In this document: one piece after another, positions 40,501 through 53,500 of the stretch
How positions within the stretch are numbered: the first letter of the stretch is position 1
Layout of the letters: each line of letters begins with the position of its first letter
Origin: Monocercomonoides exilis PA203
Taxonomy: Eukaryota > Protista > Preaxostyla
Assembly: GCA_001643675.2 (NCBI GenBank)
Contig: LSRY02000046.1
Span: 1-64,000 of the forward strand
DNA: 64,000 bases
Direction: 5' to 3'
Notes under the pieces: generated by a model
The model's database searches: none
Told to the model about the DNA's origin: nothing
The model's input: only the letters and a program-made list of their open reading frames with translations
Position numbers and translations under genes: made by a program

Positions 40501-41489
40501 CTCCCTGGTTTCGAAGGATTCTCTGCACTCCCTGTATATTCAACATTCCGAGACCGATAACATCTGACAAAAGAGGTGTTCGAAGCAGAAAATGACGATG
40601 AGGGGCTGTTGAGTGAAGGGGCAATGCCCCCATCATAAACATCCCACACTGATGAAAATGAGCATCCACTCATCAAAAACGATGTTTGACTCAGCCCTTC
40701 ACTCAGATGTGATGTTTTCAGTGGTTTTGTGGAGATGTTGAAGAATCCTAATTGGTAAAGACATACAAAGTGCCATGAGAAGAATGGAGCTGAAGACACA
40801 TAAAAAGAAGAGAAATGAGAAGAGCAAACAGAAACATGGCATTTCTCTGAAATCTCTCCTTCCACTTCTTTTGAAGAGAAAAGTGGTGGAAATATTTGTT
40901 CAGTCGAGGTTAAAGACGATTTGAGGGAAATGTTGGTAAACAATCCACAGCTCCCACAGAAATCAAAGGGGGATGTTTCTCTCTCAACTCCAATCACGCA
41001 TCCACTCATCTCAACAAAACTTCCATCCGATGCCCTGAGCACACTCTCCTCATCCATTTCCCTCAATCCCAATAAATTCAGTTTCATTGATGAATTGACC
41101 ACAACAACACTTCCCTCAACCCAACTCCCACCACACACACCCTCCTTTTCCCATATTTTCCTCTCATCACAAAAATCCCATTTTTGAGCTTTCCCAATCT
41201 CTCTTCTTCTCCCATTCCATTGTTTTGTGAATTTCTTCATCATTCTCTCTTCTTTCCAGGTTTCTCCAACTCCACCTTCTTTTCCTTCAACATGTGCATC
41301 AAATAAATTGCCATCTCCAATTTTGTTATTTTGAGCCTTCTCTGACCATGTGCCTTCAGAATAATCACATTTTCCTTCTTTCATTGTTTCTTCTCTAATT
41401 TCTGTTCCATAACTTGCAGCACCATTGCACACGCACCTCACGCAAATAATCCATGCACAATAAAATATTCCTGACACTGCCACGACCAT
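34554..41489 (-). pseudogene. Giant single-pass receptor-like gene (~2300 codons): beta-helix/PMP-like ectodomain, TM, degenerate kinase C-lobe; one in-frame TAA at 36228-36230
   Basis: The 1756-aa and 556-aa ORFs are in the same frame (EKG*EMEVVF). The N-terminus from ATG 41489 is hydrophobic. Repeated GGAIY/GGGIM/GGGLY plus FxxC motifs. TM segment IWPIIVIILVVILLIVLIVSIIFIVRW. Kinase subdomains VIII-XI are present (RWKAPE, VFSIGMMLWECLTLEIPF, CLLAEPSERP), but GxGxxG, HRD and DFG are not. It resembles the expanded oxymonad surface-protein family. Confidence 0.8.
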
Positions 41490-42925
41490 GTCTCTCAAAT
41501 TGTTTTCTTTTCTTTTTTCTATTACAAACTAATATGGGCACTTCAAAAATAAAACATATAACTTTTGCTGAATATCATATTACTATATGAAATAAAATAT
41601 TTTCGTTTGTTTGTTTTCTCTTTTTATTTATGATCCGATGAATAATAGAGAATGATTCATCCATTTTTGTTGATGTTCTGATATTTCAGCCATCACTCTC
41701 CGTTCAGCGATAACTGCCTCCGAGATGGAACAACACATGATTTGGAGCATATAATTTTGCTGGCTGTATTTTCATGAGAAAAGGCAACAGGGATGGAAAT
41801 GAATGATATTAAGATTGGTTTAACAGATGAACAGAAGAGGTATGAGCGATGGAAGTTTTGTGATTCTGCGCCACATGAAAATGTATGTCTTTTGGTGGAT
41901 TATTTGTGATATTTTTATTTGAAGAGATTTTCGATGTTTTGAAAGAAATGATTGTTTTTGCCTCGATTGGCTGAAATGGACACTTTTCACAGAAGGGATG
42001 GGATGCATGGAACAAGGTTATATGAGCATTTGGGTTGGATTTTTGATGTGATTTTCTCACAGATAGAGAGGGAATTTCAGTTCAAGGGGAAAAGGCCGAA
42101 TGGTTGAATGAATGAAAATGGATGTTATTTGTTGATCAACAGAGTAGCAAGAATGGATGCAATTTGCAATTTTCTTTTTAATTCAGCGAATTTATTTGTT
42201 ACTGGTTTTTGAAAAAATGATGAACAAAGCGATAAAATTGAGGGGAAAAACTTTTTCAGTTCACGCAACTGAAATATTACTTCTGAACATGTTAACATTT
42301 CAAAAAACGACATTTGAGTTTGAGCATATTAACTTAAGCATTTAATTAAATTGCCACATTCACAGCAGTAATAATGTTATCAAAAACTCAAACTTCATAT
42401 TTTTTTTGGAGATAAAATCATATTGATAAAAACAAAATTGTATTTCATTCATTCGAGATTTTTAAAGTTTGCATCAAAATTATTGAACATGCATTTACTA
42501 AAAAAGGTAAATTGTGAAACAAAAATCACAAAATTTTAACAGTGGAATAAAAGTTAAATTGGAAATATTGTCCAATAATAAGAAATCATTTAAAAATTAT
42601 GTGTGTTATAAAATTAAGAACGAGAAATTTTCTTCTCAAACACAAATTTTATAAATTAAACTTTTAATTATTCACGAGTAAACGAAACAATAATAAATAT
42701 ATATACAGAAATACACGCAGCTAAAAAATTTTGCTGCTCTTAAAGATGTTTCTAATGAAAAATATATAATATTTTTCAAAAAAAAAGTCGAACTAATAAT
42801 GATAAAATAAAATGCATCATTCAAATTAATATCCACTAAAAAATACTAAAAAATGGTCATGCAACTCCTTGCAGCCAAAAAAATGAGAAAAAAAGACGAT
42901 ACACTCATTTAAAAATGATCGATTT

Positions 42926-45900
42926 TCATCGCCAGGGCAAATTATTGTTGTTCCCAATTTCAACATTTTTTCCTTCATTGAAGCCTAACGCATAAGTAGC
43001 ATCCACAAACGTGATATCTTCATCAGTAAAGTGCACATCAAATAGTGAAACAAATATTCTCTTCCCGGCTGCTTTTACTGCATCGTTTTTTGAGAGAAGT
43101 TGGTCCCCAATCAATGTCAGCCTCTGTCTCAATAGCAAATGCTCTCTTTTATGCTTCTCTATCCCTTCGTAATTCTTTACAACCATTTCTCTTTCTTCTT
43201 CATTGAACACTTCAAATACGGTTGATGAAAGTTGAAAAAAAGTCGCCATTAATGTTTCGTAATGTTCGTTCTCGTTAATTGATGAAAGCAATTGCTGAGC
43301 ATTTTCAAGAATTGCCTCTCTTCCTTTGTCGAATGAGTCGTGCCCTGTCACCATCGACGGCATCATTTCAATCTCTTTTTCACCTTCTGCAATTGGGAGC
43401 AATTTACGCAACTTTCCAGACACGTTTTCAATGTGCATGTTTTCCCTAACCCATGTAAGTCCATTTCCGAACATGGAAACTTGAAACATGATGTAAAAGA
43501 AGACAATTGCAGCAACCAAAATAGTTACCGATTCTTTAACTTCCGTCTTTCCTTCTGTTAAGATCATGTTTGTCATTTTGTTAATTCCCCCAATTATATC
43601 ATTTCGAAGAGCATTTAAAACAAAGCGCGCTTCCGGGTTGAGAAACGTGATATCATCAACATCCATCTTGGAAATCTTCTCCAAATTTATCCTCATTCGC
43701 GCCAATAGTGTGGTAAGCCCATAAATACTTCCTTTCACTCCATACATACGAAACGGATCCTGAGAACAATCATCGGAATTTGCGAGAAAGCAATCGACCT
43801 CCTTCATCAGCGTCTCTTTATTAAACTTGGTCTTCATTCGAGTGACGGGAACTGAATCGTAGGTGAAATCGTTTGTCAGTGTATAATCTGAATCTCCGAA
43901 ATGGCAATCAAGATGAACTGCTTCAAAATACTTTGACATCGGAACAAGCATGTCGCGTGCAGTGACTTGAGAACCAGAGCAATGAGAAGAGTTGTGCATG
44001 ACTGGATTGTATGATCTTGGAAACTTGATTGATTGGTCGGTTTTCAGCATCGGTATCGGTTGCAAAATAGATGTCAGCAAAAATTGGATTTGGAGCAGAA
44101 TCGAAGCACGCATTCCAGATAAAATGATGTTGGCAGATGTTGGTTTGTAGCCAGTAACATAGACACTCACCAAAGCGACTGCGGTTGAGATTGCATGAAT
44201 TCCAAGAATCATAGAAAGAACAGTTGTGATAATGATTTTTTTTGTGACAGGACTTGGTAACTGCTTGTATGCAAATGCATATTTCTCAATTTCCTTTTCC
44301 ATCCCTTCTTCCCAAGCTGTATCCTCAATAGCGTTTCTGATCAACCCCATCCGCCTGTTTTTTTCTGCATCTTCGTCATCATATTCGTAAAAAGTGTATT
44401 TTGAATTGGCAACGTTATTTTGTTGTTGGAGGTGTTGTTGCTGATTATGCATAAGTGCTTCATTGGTATCTGATATGTTTCGCTCTGTTTTCATATAAAT
44501 ATCGTTAACCACTAAAATTGGGGATGGCACTTCGATCTGAGGAAGTGGCAGATTCTTCCTATATGCCAATGTACTGTTTTGCTGGAATTGAATTGTTGGT
44601 GAAATAGGAGACATGATATGTATTGAATTTGGTGTTGAACTGGTTCCTTGTTCTAATATTGTTTGATGAGTGGAGATCGAGCCAGTAGACATTAGCCCGT
44701 TATGAGACTGATTCGCATTCTCAGAAAAGAAAGAAAGTGACACTACCTGCGATTGTGAAGCATTGATTAAGTCATCGTTCTGATTAATAACAAGCGGTCT
44801 TCTCACGTACACACTAGAATTTGTGTTTGTTCCCAAAATCGGGTTAAATTGAATCTTTGATGTGCTTCCTTTCTGAATTGTATTTGTTCCAACTGTTCTA
44901 GCATCTTCATCTGTACCATTTGTTAAACAGCTCCATTGATCAGCAATTGGAACCTCGTTTGCATTGAACTGCGAACGATCAGTAGGTGAAGCGTCATTCT
45001 TCGAATGATTAGATTGAACTTCCGAGACCATACCTCTAGCTTCTGTTTTCGCCTTTCTCAAAAAAGAATCATTGTTTGATGGCAATGTTTGTGATGATAT
45101 TCTTGTTCCAATATTCTGTTCAGTCATTTCGATTCCATTAACGTTATCTTTGGTTGAAATTGGGGATTGTAATTGAAATTGTAATCCTGGAGTTGAAGGC
45201 GTTGAAGGAGTTCTTTCTCCAAATGGTGATCTCAAAGATGATAACGAAAATGGTGTATCAATAGTCGATTCCTTAGAAGACTCAGCTCCAGAAATCATTG
45301 AAGATACTGATTTTGTATTAGAGAGTTCAATTTTCTGTGCGTTTTGCTTCAGAAAAGCTTTCCTTTCCTGCTGCGATTCCATCGAGGCTTGTCGCACGCT
45401 CATTGAGTTTGAGTTTATTTCAGTCAGACTCGAATCATTCATGAAAGGCGTCTGAATAGAATTACACGCAACTTTCTTTGAATTATTATTTGGCATGCTT
45501 TCTTCAATGTCTTCATCAAAAAGCAGCATTCCAACTTCATCCCATTTGTCGTATTTGTTGTTGCAGCAGCTTTCGCAGGACTTCATGTCTTGGAATTGGT
45601 TCAGTGATTGATTGATTGTAAAATCATTGAAAGTATCATCGTCTCTCAAAAGTCTGCGTATTACACTCTGCATTTTGTTCTTCGGTACATCAAGCATTGA
45701 TTGATACGCCCTCATCCGATTCATCACCGCTCTTCTGGTGAATATAATAAAGATGGCAAGCCGTGCAACTGTAAGAGGAGAAAGGAATGTGATGATTATC
45801 AAAACAAAAACCGTTATTATCTTGTTGCAATCTGCATTCATAAGTTCGAAATAGTAAATGATTACTCTTTTAGCGCCATCTAATATTGGTACAGGACAGT

Positions 45901-48772
45901 TGAATACCAGATACTGGATATTTGCTATGTATTCCGGATCCTGCGGACGTGAAGATATGTTTGAAAGATGCAGATGATGAGTGATCTGCGAAATCATAGC
46001 GATAACCTCCAACATCGATGAAGAGTGAAGGATCTGTCTTTTGGTGTTTATCACTTCCTCCACATTGCCGTCTTGTTGTGTCTCGTTTTTTGTGGTGATT
46101 GAGAATAAATACGTGCTGATATCTGCTGTTTCCCATACCTCCAAATTTGTGGTCGATTGATGTATTCGATCAAGCATCGATGCCAGACTGTCTGACGTGT
46201 CCTCCAACATCTTCATCAGCTCCTTCTTCTGCACCATCGTTGAAGTCCACTCGTCTGTGGCGATCGGGTCGGTAAAGTTGTACCTTTTGTCGTATACAAA
46301 GAAGTTGTACCCGATTGCTGCTGATCGGGCAGAATGGTATGATAAATCGCAGACATTCCTCAGTATTTCCAAATTGTGCTGATACGTGTTCGTCATTATT
46401 ACATATACAATAAGTCCAGCGATTAGAACAAATATTTCTATAAAATGAGAAGATATAACTGTAAACTTCAATTCGGTGATGTTATTTTCATGAGTTCCGT
46501 TCTCAGTATGCCTTCCCATCATCAAATCGACAATCATTGCCTCTTTCTTTTTCTTTCTTCTCTTTCTTTGACTCATCAAGTGGTTCCTTCCGGTATTATT
46601 TGAAGATTAATTCCAATGTACCTCGTTACTCGCAAGAGTTTCGTGCTTACCATCTAAATTCCGCAGATCATAAGAAGAAGAATTCGTTCCATCTTTGTGA
46701 TCAATTCTTTTGTTTGTGTTTGTTCCCTCATAAACACTCCCGGCGGTCGCTTCTAAGTTACCGCATTTTACTGTACCAACATAATTAGATTCACACTCAT
46801 TATTGTCGTCATCTCTTGTTCTCATTTTCCCGTTTCTGCTTCCGTGGTCTATCTGATTGCAAGCTTCGTATACATCACCCGTTTCAAACGAAGCATCATG
46901 AAGCCCCATTGTGCGTGTATGTGTAATTGAATCACCTCCACCAAATGAATCCTCTTCAATCAGTTCTGCTCGATTCAAAATCATCTCTGCTTCGTCTTCA
47001 TCATTGTAGATGTCCAGCAGCAGTCGCGCATAGCTCCGTAGCACACCTGCATTCTGCCCGTGTGAAGCAATTAGTTCTTCATAGCTCTTTCGTGCAATGT
47101 CTTCGCTCTTCACAATAGAATTCATAAAAACAGGAATCGATTTGTAATAAGGCTGAATCGCAGTCACATTCTCAAAAAAGTCCTTCATAGATCCCACTGC
47201 AAGCTCGTGGTGCTTCTCCGCTGTTGCCAAAAGAGACGTAAAGGCAAATGAATTCATGCCACTTACTCCGTTTCCTCGATTATCTCTGTTTACCCTTCCG
47301 CCATTTTCTTTTGCTTTGCAGAACAACAAAAAGCTCAGAAACAATCCAGGAGACATCGTTAGTGCTTTTCTAATGAGCGTGTGGGCTTTCATGTTGTTTT
47401 TGCGGAAGGCAGCAAAAAATGTTGCATACTGAAAGCACAGCATGCTGTTGTTCGGATTAGTCTTTAGTGCCTGTGTGTACACATAATCAGCAAATGTCAA
47501 ATGGATTAAAGAGCTATATTCTTTCCTTTGCACAAAGCGTAACGATGGCTCGACTCCTTCTGGCTTTTTCAGTGAGGGAAGAGCCAAAGATGGGTTTTTA
47601 GAGCAAATCTCAGATATCTGGCTTTCAAAGTCTATCAAAAAATACTTTCTCTCTCTTTTCTTAAGGCCAATTTTCGGTAGCAACACTGAACACAAAACTA
47701 TTCCAACGATCAATCCAACAACTTGAAGAATAATAGTAATTACCCAATTATGAGTGGCACCTTCAATTGCAAATCCAATTTCATCAATAAGTCTTAAGCA
47801 TCCAAACAAGCACCATTTGCTCGCCATCAGCAAGTTTCCATTAAGTTTGTATATGGGCTGAATATAAACAAAATATATTATCAAGACCAGAGAAGTTCCC
47901 ACAGTAACCACCCCACGCCAGAAAGGCCATTCTATCAGCGTCCTCATCGCAAAAATGCATCCAAATACAAGAGACGAATCCACCGCTTGCCACAGCCCAC
48001 TTGGCGATGACCATAATCCTCCGTGCTTAGGATTGTGATTGAATATCATATTGTTTATTAAAAATGAAGATATTAATAGAAAACAAAGTGCAACTATTGC
48101 CATAATTAATCCCAAAATTGATAATAAATTGCCAGAACAGCTGCCTTCAAATCCTCGATGAATCATTTGTCCTTCGAATTTATAACAATCAAATGCAGTT
48201 ATGCATAATGAAGTTAACGGGATAAACAAAACGGAATATGTAAAGTCCACAATCCAACGCAAAAGTGAAATAATCCATGGCTGTGAACCAGAAATTACGA
48301 CTTGGAAGGCTGCTACAGTTGCTAAATACAGACTAAGCAATATAAAATAACCAACGCATCCCATGGCTGCAATCTGTATAAAATTTCCTGCAAGATATCC
48401 AAGAGATGTTCCATCAGGAAAACAAATGTACTTTCAAATGAAAGTATTTAAAATTCACATAAAAAACATTTGCATTAAATTATGATTGAAAAAATGAAAT
48501 ATAAATCACAAATCATAAATTTTTCAATGAAAAACGAATACCTTGGAAATTTTATTCACTTCTTGTGTGGAAATATCAACTCGAAAGAAGCTGAGTGTTA
48601 CCATTTGAAGCGCTGTAAATGCCCATACAAAAATTTCCCATCTCTGATTTGGATGCTTCGGCTGATGGTAAAGAGGAAAAAGAATTGAAAAACTAATTGT
48701 TTCGAGTTTGCTGAATCCTTCTGCAAGAGAATAATCAATTATCATTCCACTGGACACTGAACTCATGGACAT
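42926..48772 (-). pseudogene. Multi-pass membrane protein (TmcB/TmcC-like, TPR-like region) with C-terminal hemerythrin-like domain; one in-frame TAA at 46607-46609
   Basis: ATG at 48772. GT-AG intron 48541-48431 restores the frame (ISK|YICFPDG). The 585-aa and 1217-aa ORFs are in the same frame (HWN*SSNNT). About 10 N-terminal TMs, the motif VLRSYARLLLDIYNDEDEA, further TMs, and a C-terminus with EEEREM...HKREH...HFTDED. Confidence 0.8.
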
Positions 48773-48995
48773 GCCCCCTTCGCTTATTATTTGGACCGCT
48801 CTTCAAACAGACACAAAAATTCAACTGTCTTATTTTTAAATGATCTTTATCCATAATTTTAAACTTTCATTTATTTATTACGGATATAAATCCTTTTCAT
48901 TTCACAAAATGAAAGATAAATGGGAAACGAAGGGACACCAAAATCTAATAAAAGAAATATTTCTGAAATTCCTTGATTTTTCATTTGTGAAATAA

Positions 48996-49212
48996 CATAT
49001 AGCTGATCCTTTTTGAAATCAGACTTTCGTTCGAGTTTTGAACAAAATTTTAATCTCAATGGGATTTTGAAAAAATGTACAAAAACTGTGAATACATGTT
49101 AGTTATGATGTTATTATTATAAAATCAAAATTATTTCCAAAATCCCATTGAGATAGAAATTTTGATCAAAACTCGAACGAAAGTATGATTTCAAAAAATG
49201 ATCAGCCATATG
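48996..49212. repeat. Long imperfect inverted repeat (~80-bp arms, ~53-bp spacer), foldback/MITE-like
   Basis: catatagctgatcctttttgaaatcagactttcgttcgagttttgaacaaaattttaatctcaatgggattttg (from 48996) mirrors caaaatcccattgagatagaaattttgatcaaaactcgaacgaaagtatgatttcaaaaaatgatcagccatatg (to 49212), with few mismatches. Confidence 0.85.
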
Positions 49213-50575
49213 ATCCAAAAATGAATTGCAGAAATTACTTACATTCAATGCACCAAAAATAATTCGATTTCGAAAAAATAATTCAATTTTTAAATTCATT
49301 TATAACTGATAATTTATATTTATCTTGTGAATGGATTTCAGTAAATTTCAAATTATTATTAAACAAATCTAATACAAAAATTCAAAGCAAACTGTTTTCA
49401 AAATTGAAAAAACAAACAAATAAATACTTTGCGGTTATTTTTTAAATTTCAAAAATCACCACTCAAATGATTATTTTATAGAATAATAATTCATTTTTTT
49501 GAATAACCTGATGAATAGATCGTATTAACGATTACATTAATTGAATCATTAAAGACAAAAGAAAATATTCCCAATTATTATATTCAGTTCCTTTCATAAA
49601 TTTTTGAAATTTTTTGATTTTTTTATATGAAAAAGAATTTTTTTTCTTTTCGAATTAACTGAAAATGATAAAAAATGTAAATTAAAATGAATGGTTTGTT
49701 TTTTTTCAAATAAAAAGGCATCATTTTTCAAATATTGTCAAACAAAATGTTATTATGAGATAAAAATAAAGAGAATTTCAACCACAAAACACAAGTTATT
49801 TTTCCACTTATTTCGAATTTTCCATTTCAAAATTGAATTATTGTTTTCTGAAAAAATAATAAAAATTTTTGCATATTTCTATTAACATGCTTCATTTAAA
49901 AATATTTTGAATCTGAGTATTTTCACAGTGTTGAGGTTTTTCATGTGGATTTTTAAAAAGACAATAATCGACATAAAGAAACTGATTAGTTTTATGATGA
50001 TATTTCTCGAATTTTCAAAACAATTGGCGCAAAAAATTGCACTTTAGGCATTTTCATTGGAAAATAATTCACAATGAATGATTATTTAATAATCTTAAAA
50101 GACAAATCAAATGTGTCATTATTTGAAATACGTGCAAGGTCACATAACATTTTGTTTTAATATAAATGATGTTTGTTTAAAAACGAGAAAATTCAATTTA
50201 TTAAGTAAGCTGATTAAATTTGACACAGTTATGAGTGAAAGAAAGATTAAGTGATAATTGCAAAAAACGCTTGAAAGTCACATTTTCTTCCATTTTTACT
50301 CACGAACTTATTGAATATATATTTGTGGCGAATGAGCGAAAATCAGTTGACCGGATAAAAGGAAAAATTCGTTCTTTTGTTGAATTTCAGATTTATCAAA
50401 AAATTCAATGTTTAAAGAAAAAGTAATAAAAAATGTCCCTGTTTCGTATCTTAATTTTTAAAAATTCAGATAGTATTTATTCATTGAATTGATTTTTTTA
50501 AGTTGCATAATTAAGAAATAACTATCGCTTTTTCAGTTCATAATTGTCACCCATATTAATAATATTAATATATTT

Positions 50576-53500
50576 ATGTATTTTAAAGAGGAAGATGATC
50601 AAAGATCAGTTGTTTATTCTACTTGTTCAGACAATTCTGCTCAAGAAACTTTGGCAGCTGCACGATTTGGCGTTGTTGATGAATGGTTTTTTAGTTATTT
50701 TCAGTCTTTAAAACTAAATTTATCATTTTTGTTATTTTTTATATGTATTCGTTACTTTTACAAAATTTTAACAGGTTATTTGCTGCATTACTACCATGCC
50801 ATAAAGTATGCGTTCCGTTATTTATTCAAATTTTGTAATATCCTTTTATTTAACAAAATTATAGGTGAAAATACATTCCATTTATTTTTCAATTTTTGCC
50901 GTTGCAATTATAACTCTTCAATGTATTGGAATGAATATGAGATTTAATACTTGGCCAGTTGATGGAATATTTAGAAACGGGTTATTGTCGTTTTTTGGGT
51001 TTGATTTGTGAAAATTCCTTATTGAAGAAATAATTCGGATAATAATTGAAAGTTATTTGGATTTTTCTGTTTCTTGGCTTTCAAAACAATTTCATTTGGT
51101 TATGCTTATCATTATTTCAGTTGCAGTTGTTGGAAGTACATTTGGACTTGTAGTAAATGCGATTGTGACAAAAAATGAATCACATCTTCCAACAGCAATT
51201 TCAAGGCTCCTATTTTGGGCCTGTAATTTATTTTCTTCGATATTTTTTATTCCGATTGTAAATGTATTGCTTGGCCCAATGACTTGCTTTGGAGGTAGTC
51301 CAGATCGTGGAACTTCTTCTTTTCTGTCCTGTGTGTCACCTGATAACACAGTTCTTTTTGTTATTTCTATCGTAGAGTTGTTGATAGCCTTAATTGTATA
51401 TTGCTTCTTTCGATTGTTTATTTTTAATTACAATCCCAAGCATTGCCCCGAATCGTTCTTTTCAATGCAAAGCGGGCTGTTCTTGATACTCTCACAACTC
51501 GTTGAAGCTGGGATTGCCATTTTGTCAGCCATTCTTCGCGACCAAGCAGTTGTGGTGCCTGTTTTGAGCACGGCTGCATTGCTTTTGCTGTCTATGTATC
51601 CTTTGTTCTACCAGCCGTTCTGGCATCCTGTTGGAAATGCCGTAGCTGCTGCCAGCTGCGTTGTCCCAGTTCCTTTTTTTGTGCTTACAATTGTCTTTTC
51701 GCTGATATATGCGCCTGTTCTTCCTGTATTCGATGCAGAAGGCAACAGAGTTGTACGACAGCGTTACCCGTTCCTCCCCACAACACCCGTTCGACTAGCT
51801 GATTCTCTTCTGCACTCCGTTTCTGCTTCTGCCGCATCGTTTCTCGTATCACCAGCAGCATTCTACATCTTCCTGGTTTTGGCAGCTGTGCTCAGCATTC
51901 TGCTCGGCATTTGCTGGGCGTTTGCTGCAACTCGTGTTGCCAAGCACCGCTGGGCAGTGCGAGAAAGTGAGGCTGTTCCGTCTGATGTACTTTTCAAGGA
52001 AGACGAGCGAGGGGACAGAGAGAAAGGAAGAAGAGGGAAAGGAAAGGAGTTTGTGGTGGCTTCAGCTCCGACGACACCAAACAACCAAAGCGGCCACGTT
52101 CAACTGCAATCGGCTGGCTCTGTTGCACACAGCATCATTTCGCCTGTCATTGCCCAGCCACAACAAGCACAAGGCGCATCTTCAAAGAGTCTGACCCTCA
52201 CTTCTGCTGCATCATCGTCATCTTATTCATATTCTGCCTCCTCCTCCTCATCTTCTTCTTCTGCTACCACTAATGCAAAGAGCCATCCAGATAGCACTGT
52301 TGCAGTTTCAGGTGCTCCAATTTTTACTCTTCAGCATTCGTCATCGAAAATATATCAGCCTTGTTCCACACAACAGGCCATGCTCACTCATTCGAGCACT
52401 GCAGCGACTTTGTCCTTATCTGCACATACTTCACCTTTTTCAACACAAAATTCGACAGCGTCGATGAATGCATCTTCTTCTTCGTCTGATTCTTTGCCCC
52501 AAATCTCAAACACAACTCTGCTTTTGCCAAACTTTGCTGGCTCAGCAAAAATTTCATCACCACAACTGACAACAACAACTTCAATGCTTCCTTCACCTTC
52601 TTCTTCATCTTCTTCACCTTCAGCTTGCTCTCCTGTTCTCTACAATACGCAAAGCCCTGCGATGCCATACGGCAGCTGTGCACCTGGTTCTCCTGAGCGT
52701 CTTTCAAAGTTCTTCGGCACATCTCCCACGACAGCAAATGTACGGCCACCCGTTTCGCCTTATTCTTCGCAGCACAACTTGACCTTCCTCACTCTGAATG
52801 AGCATTCTGCTGCTGTCCCTGCGCCTGCCATCAGCTCTGCCACTGCCAGACGCCAACAGGATGCATTTGCTGTGCCACCACACATTTCCTCGCTTGTTTC
52901 GCTGAAAAAGACAACCAAAAAGCGCAAGTTCAAATCTCCACATGCATTTTCCTGTGCTGTTCGCTTTCTTGTTTCGAAGACGTTCAGTCATAACGCAGCA
53001 GCTGTTGCGTATGCTGAGCAGATTCTCGCAAAGGGCAACAACAAATTCCCTTCATCCTCTCCGTTGTGGCTGACGACAGCGCTCTTCCAGCGATTCTACA
53101 CGAAAAACCCGCTCAAATTTGCAGAGGCGTTGCGCGGAGTGAGGCAGACGCTGCCGACGGTGGGAGAGCGGTGGATGGTGTATGTGCTGATGGACGAGCT
53201 GCAGCAAGGGAGAGGGCGGGCAGCGTATGGGATGGGTGGTGGTGTGGCTGGGCGGATTGGCGGATGGGGCAGTGGGGCAGGGGGTGTTGGGTGGGGAAGC
53301 AGCGGAGGAGGAGGAATGGCAGCGTCACAGGAGACAATCACATTCCGTCTTGGTCTGCAGCGTGCGCAGAAGTCGTTTGAGGCAGCGAAAGCGCTGATGA
53401 AACAGGTGTGGTCGCTGCTGATGAAAGATCATGTTGACTTGAAGCGATTGATGGCTGTGCTGAATGTGGCACTCGATGCAGAGGCAGCAACGTCGAGTGA

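Noticed and set aside
46587-46621. A 35-nt GT-AG intron removing the in-frame TAA
   Set aside because: Removing it shifts the frame and reaches a stop within about 20 codons, whereas the unspliced frame is continuous.
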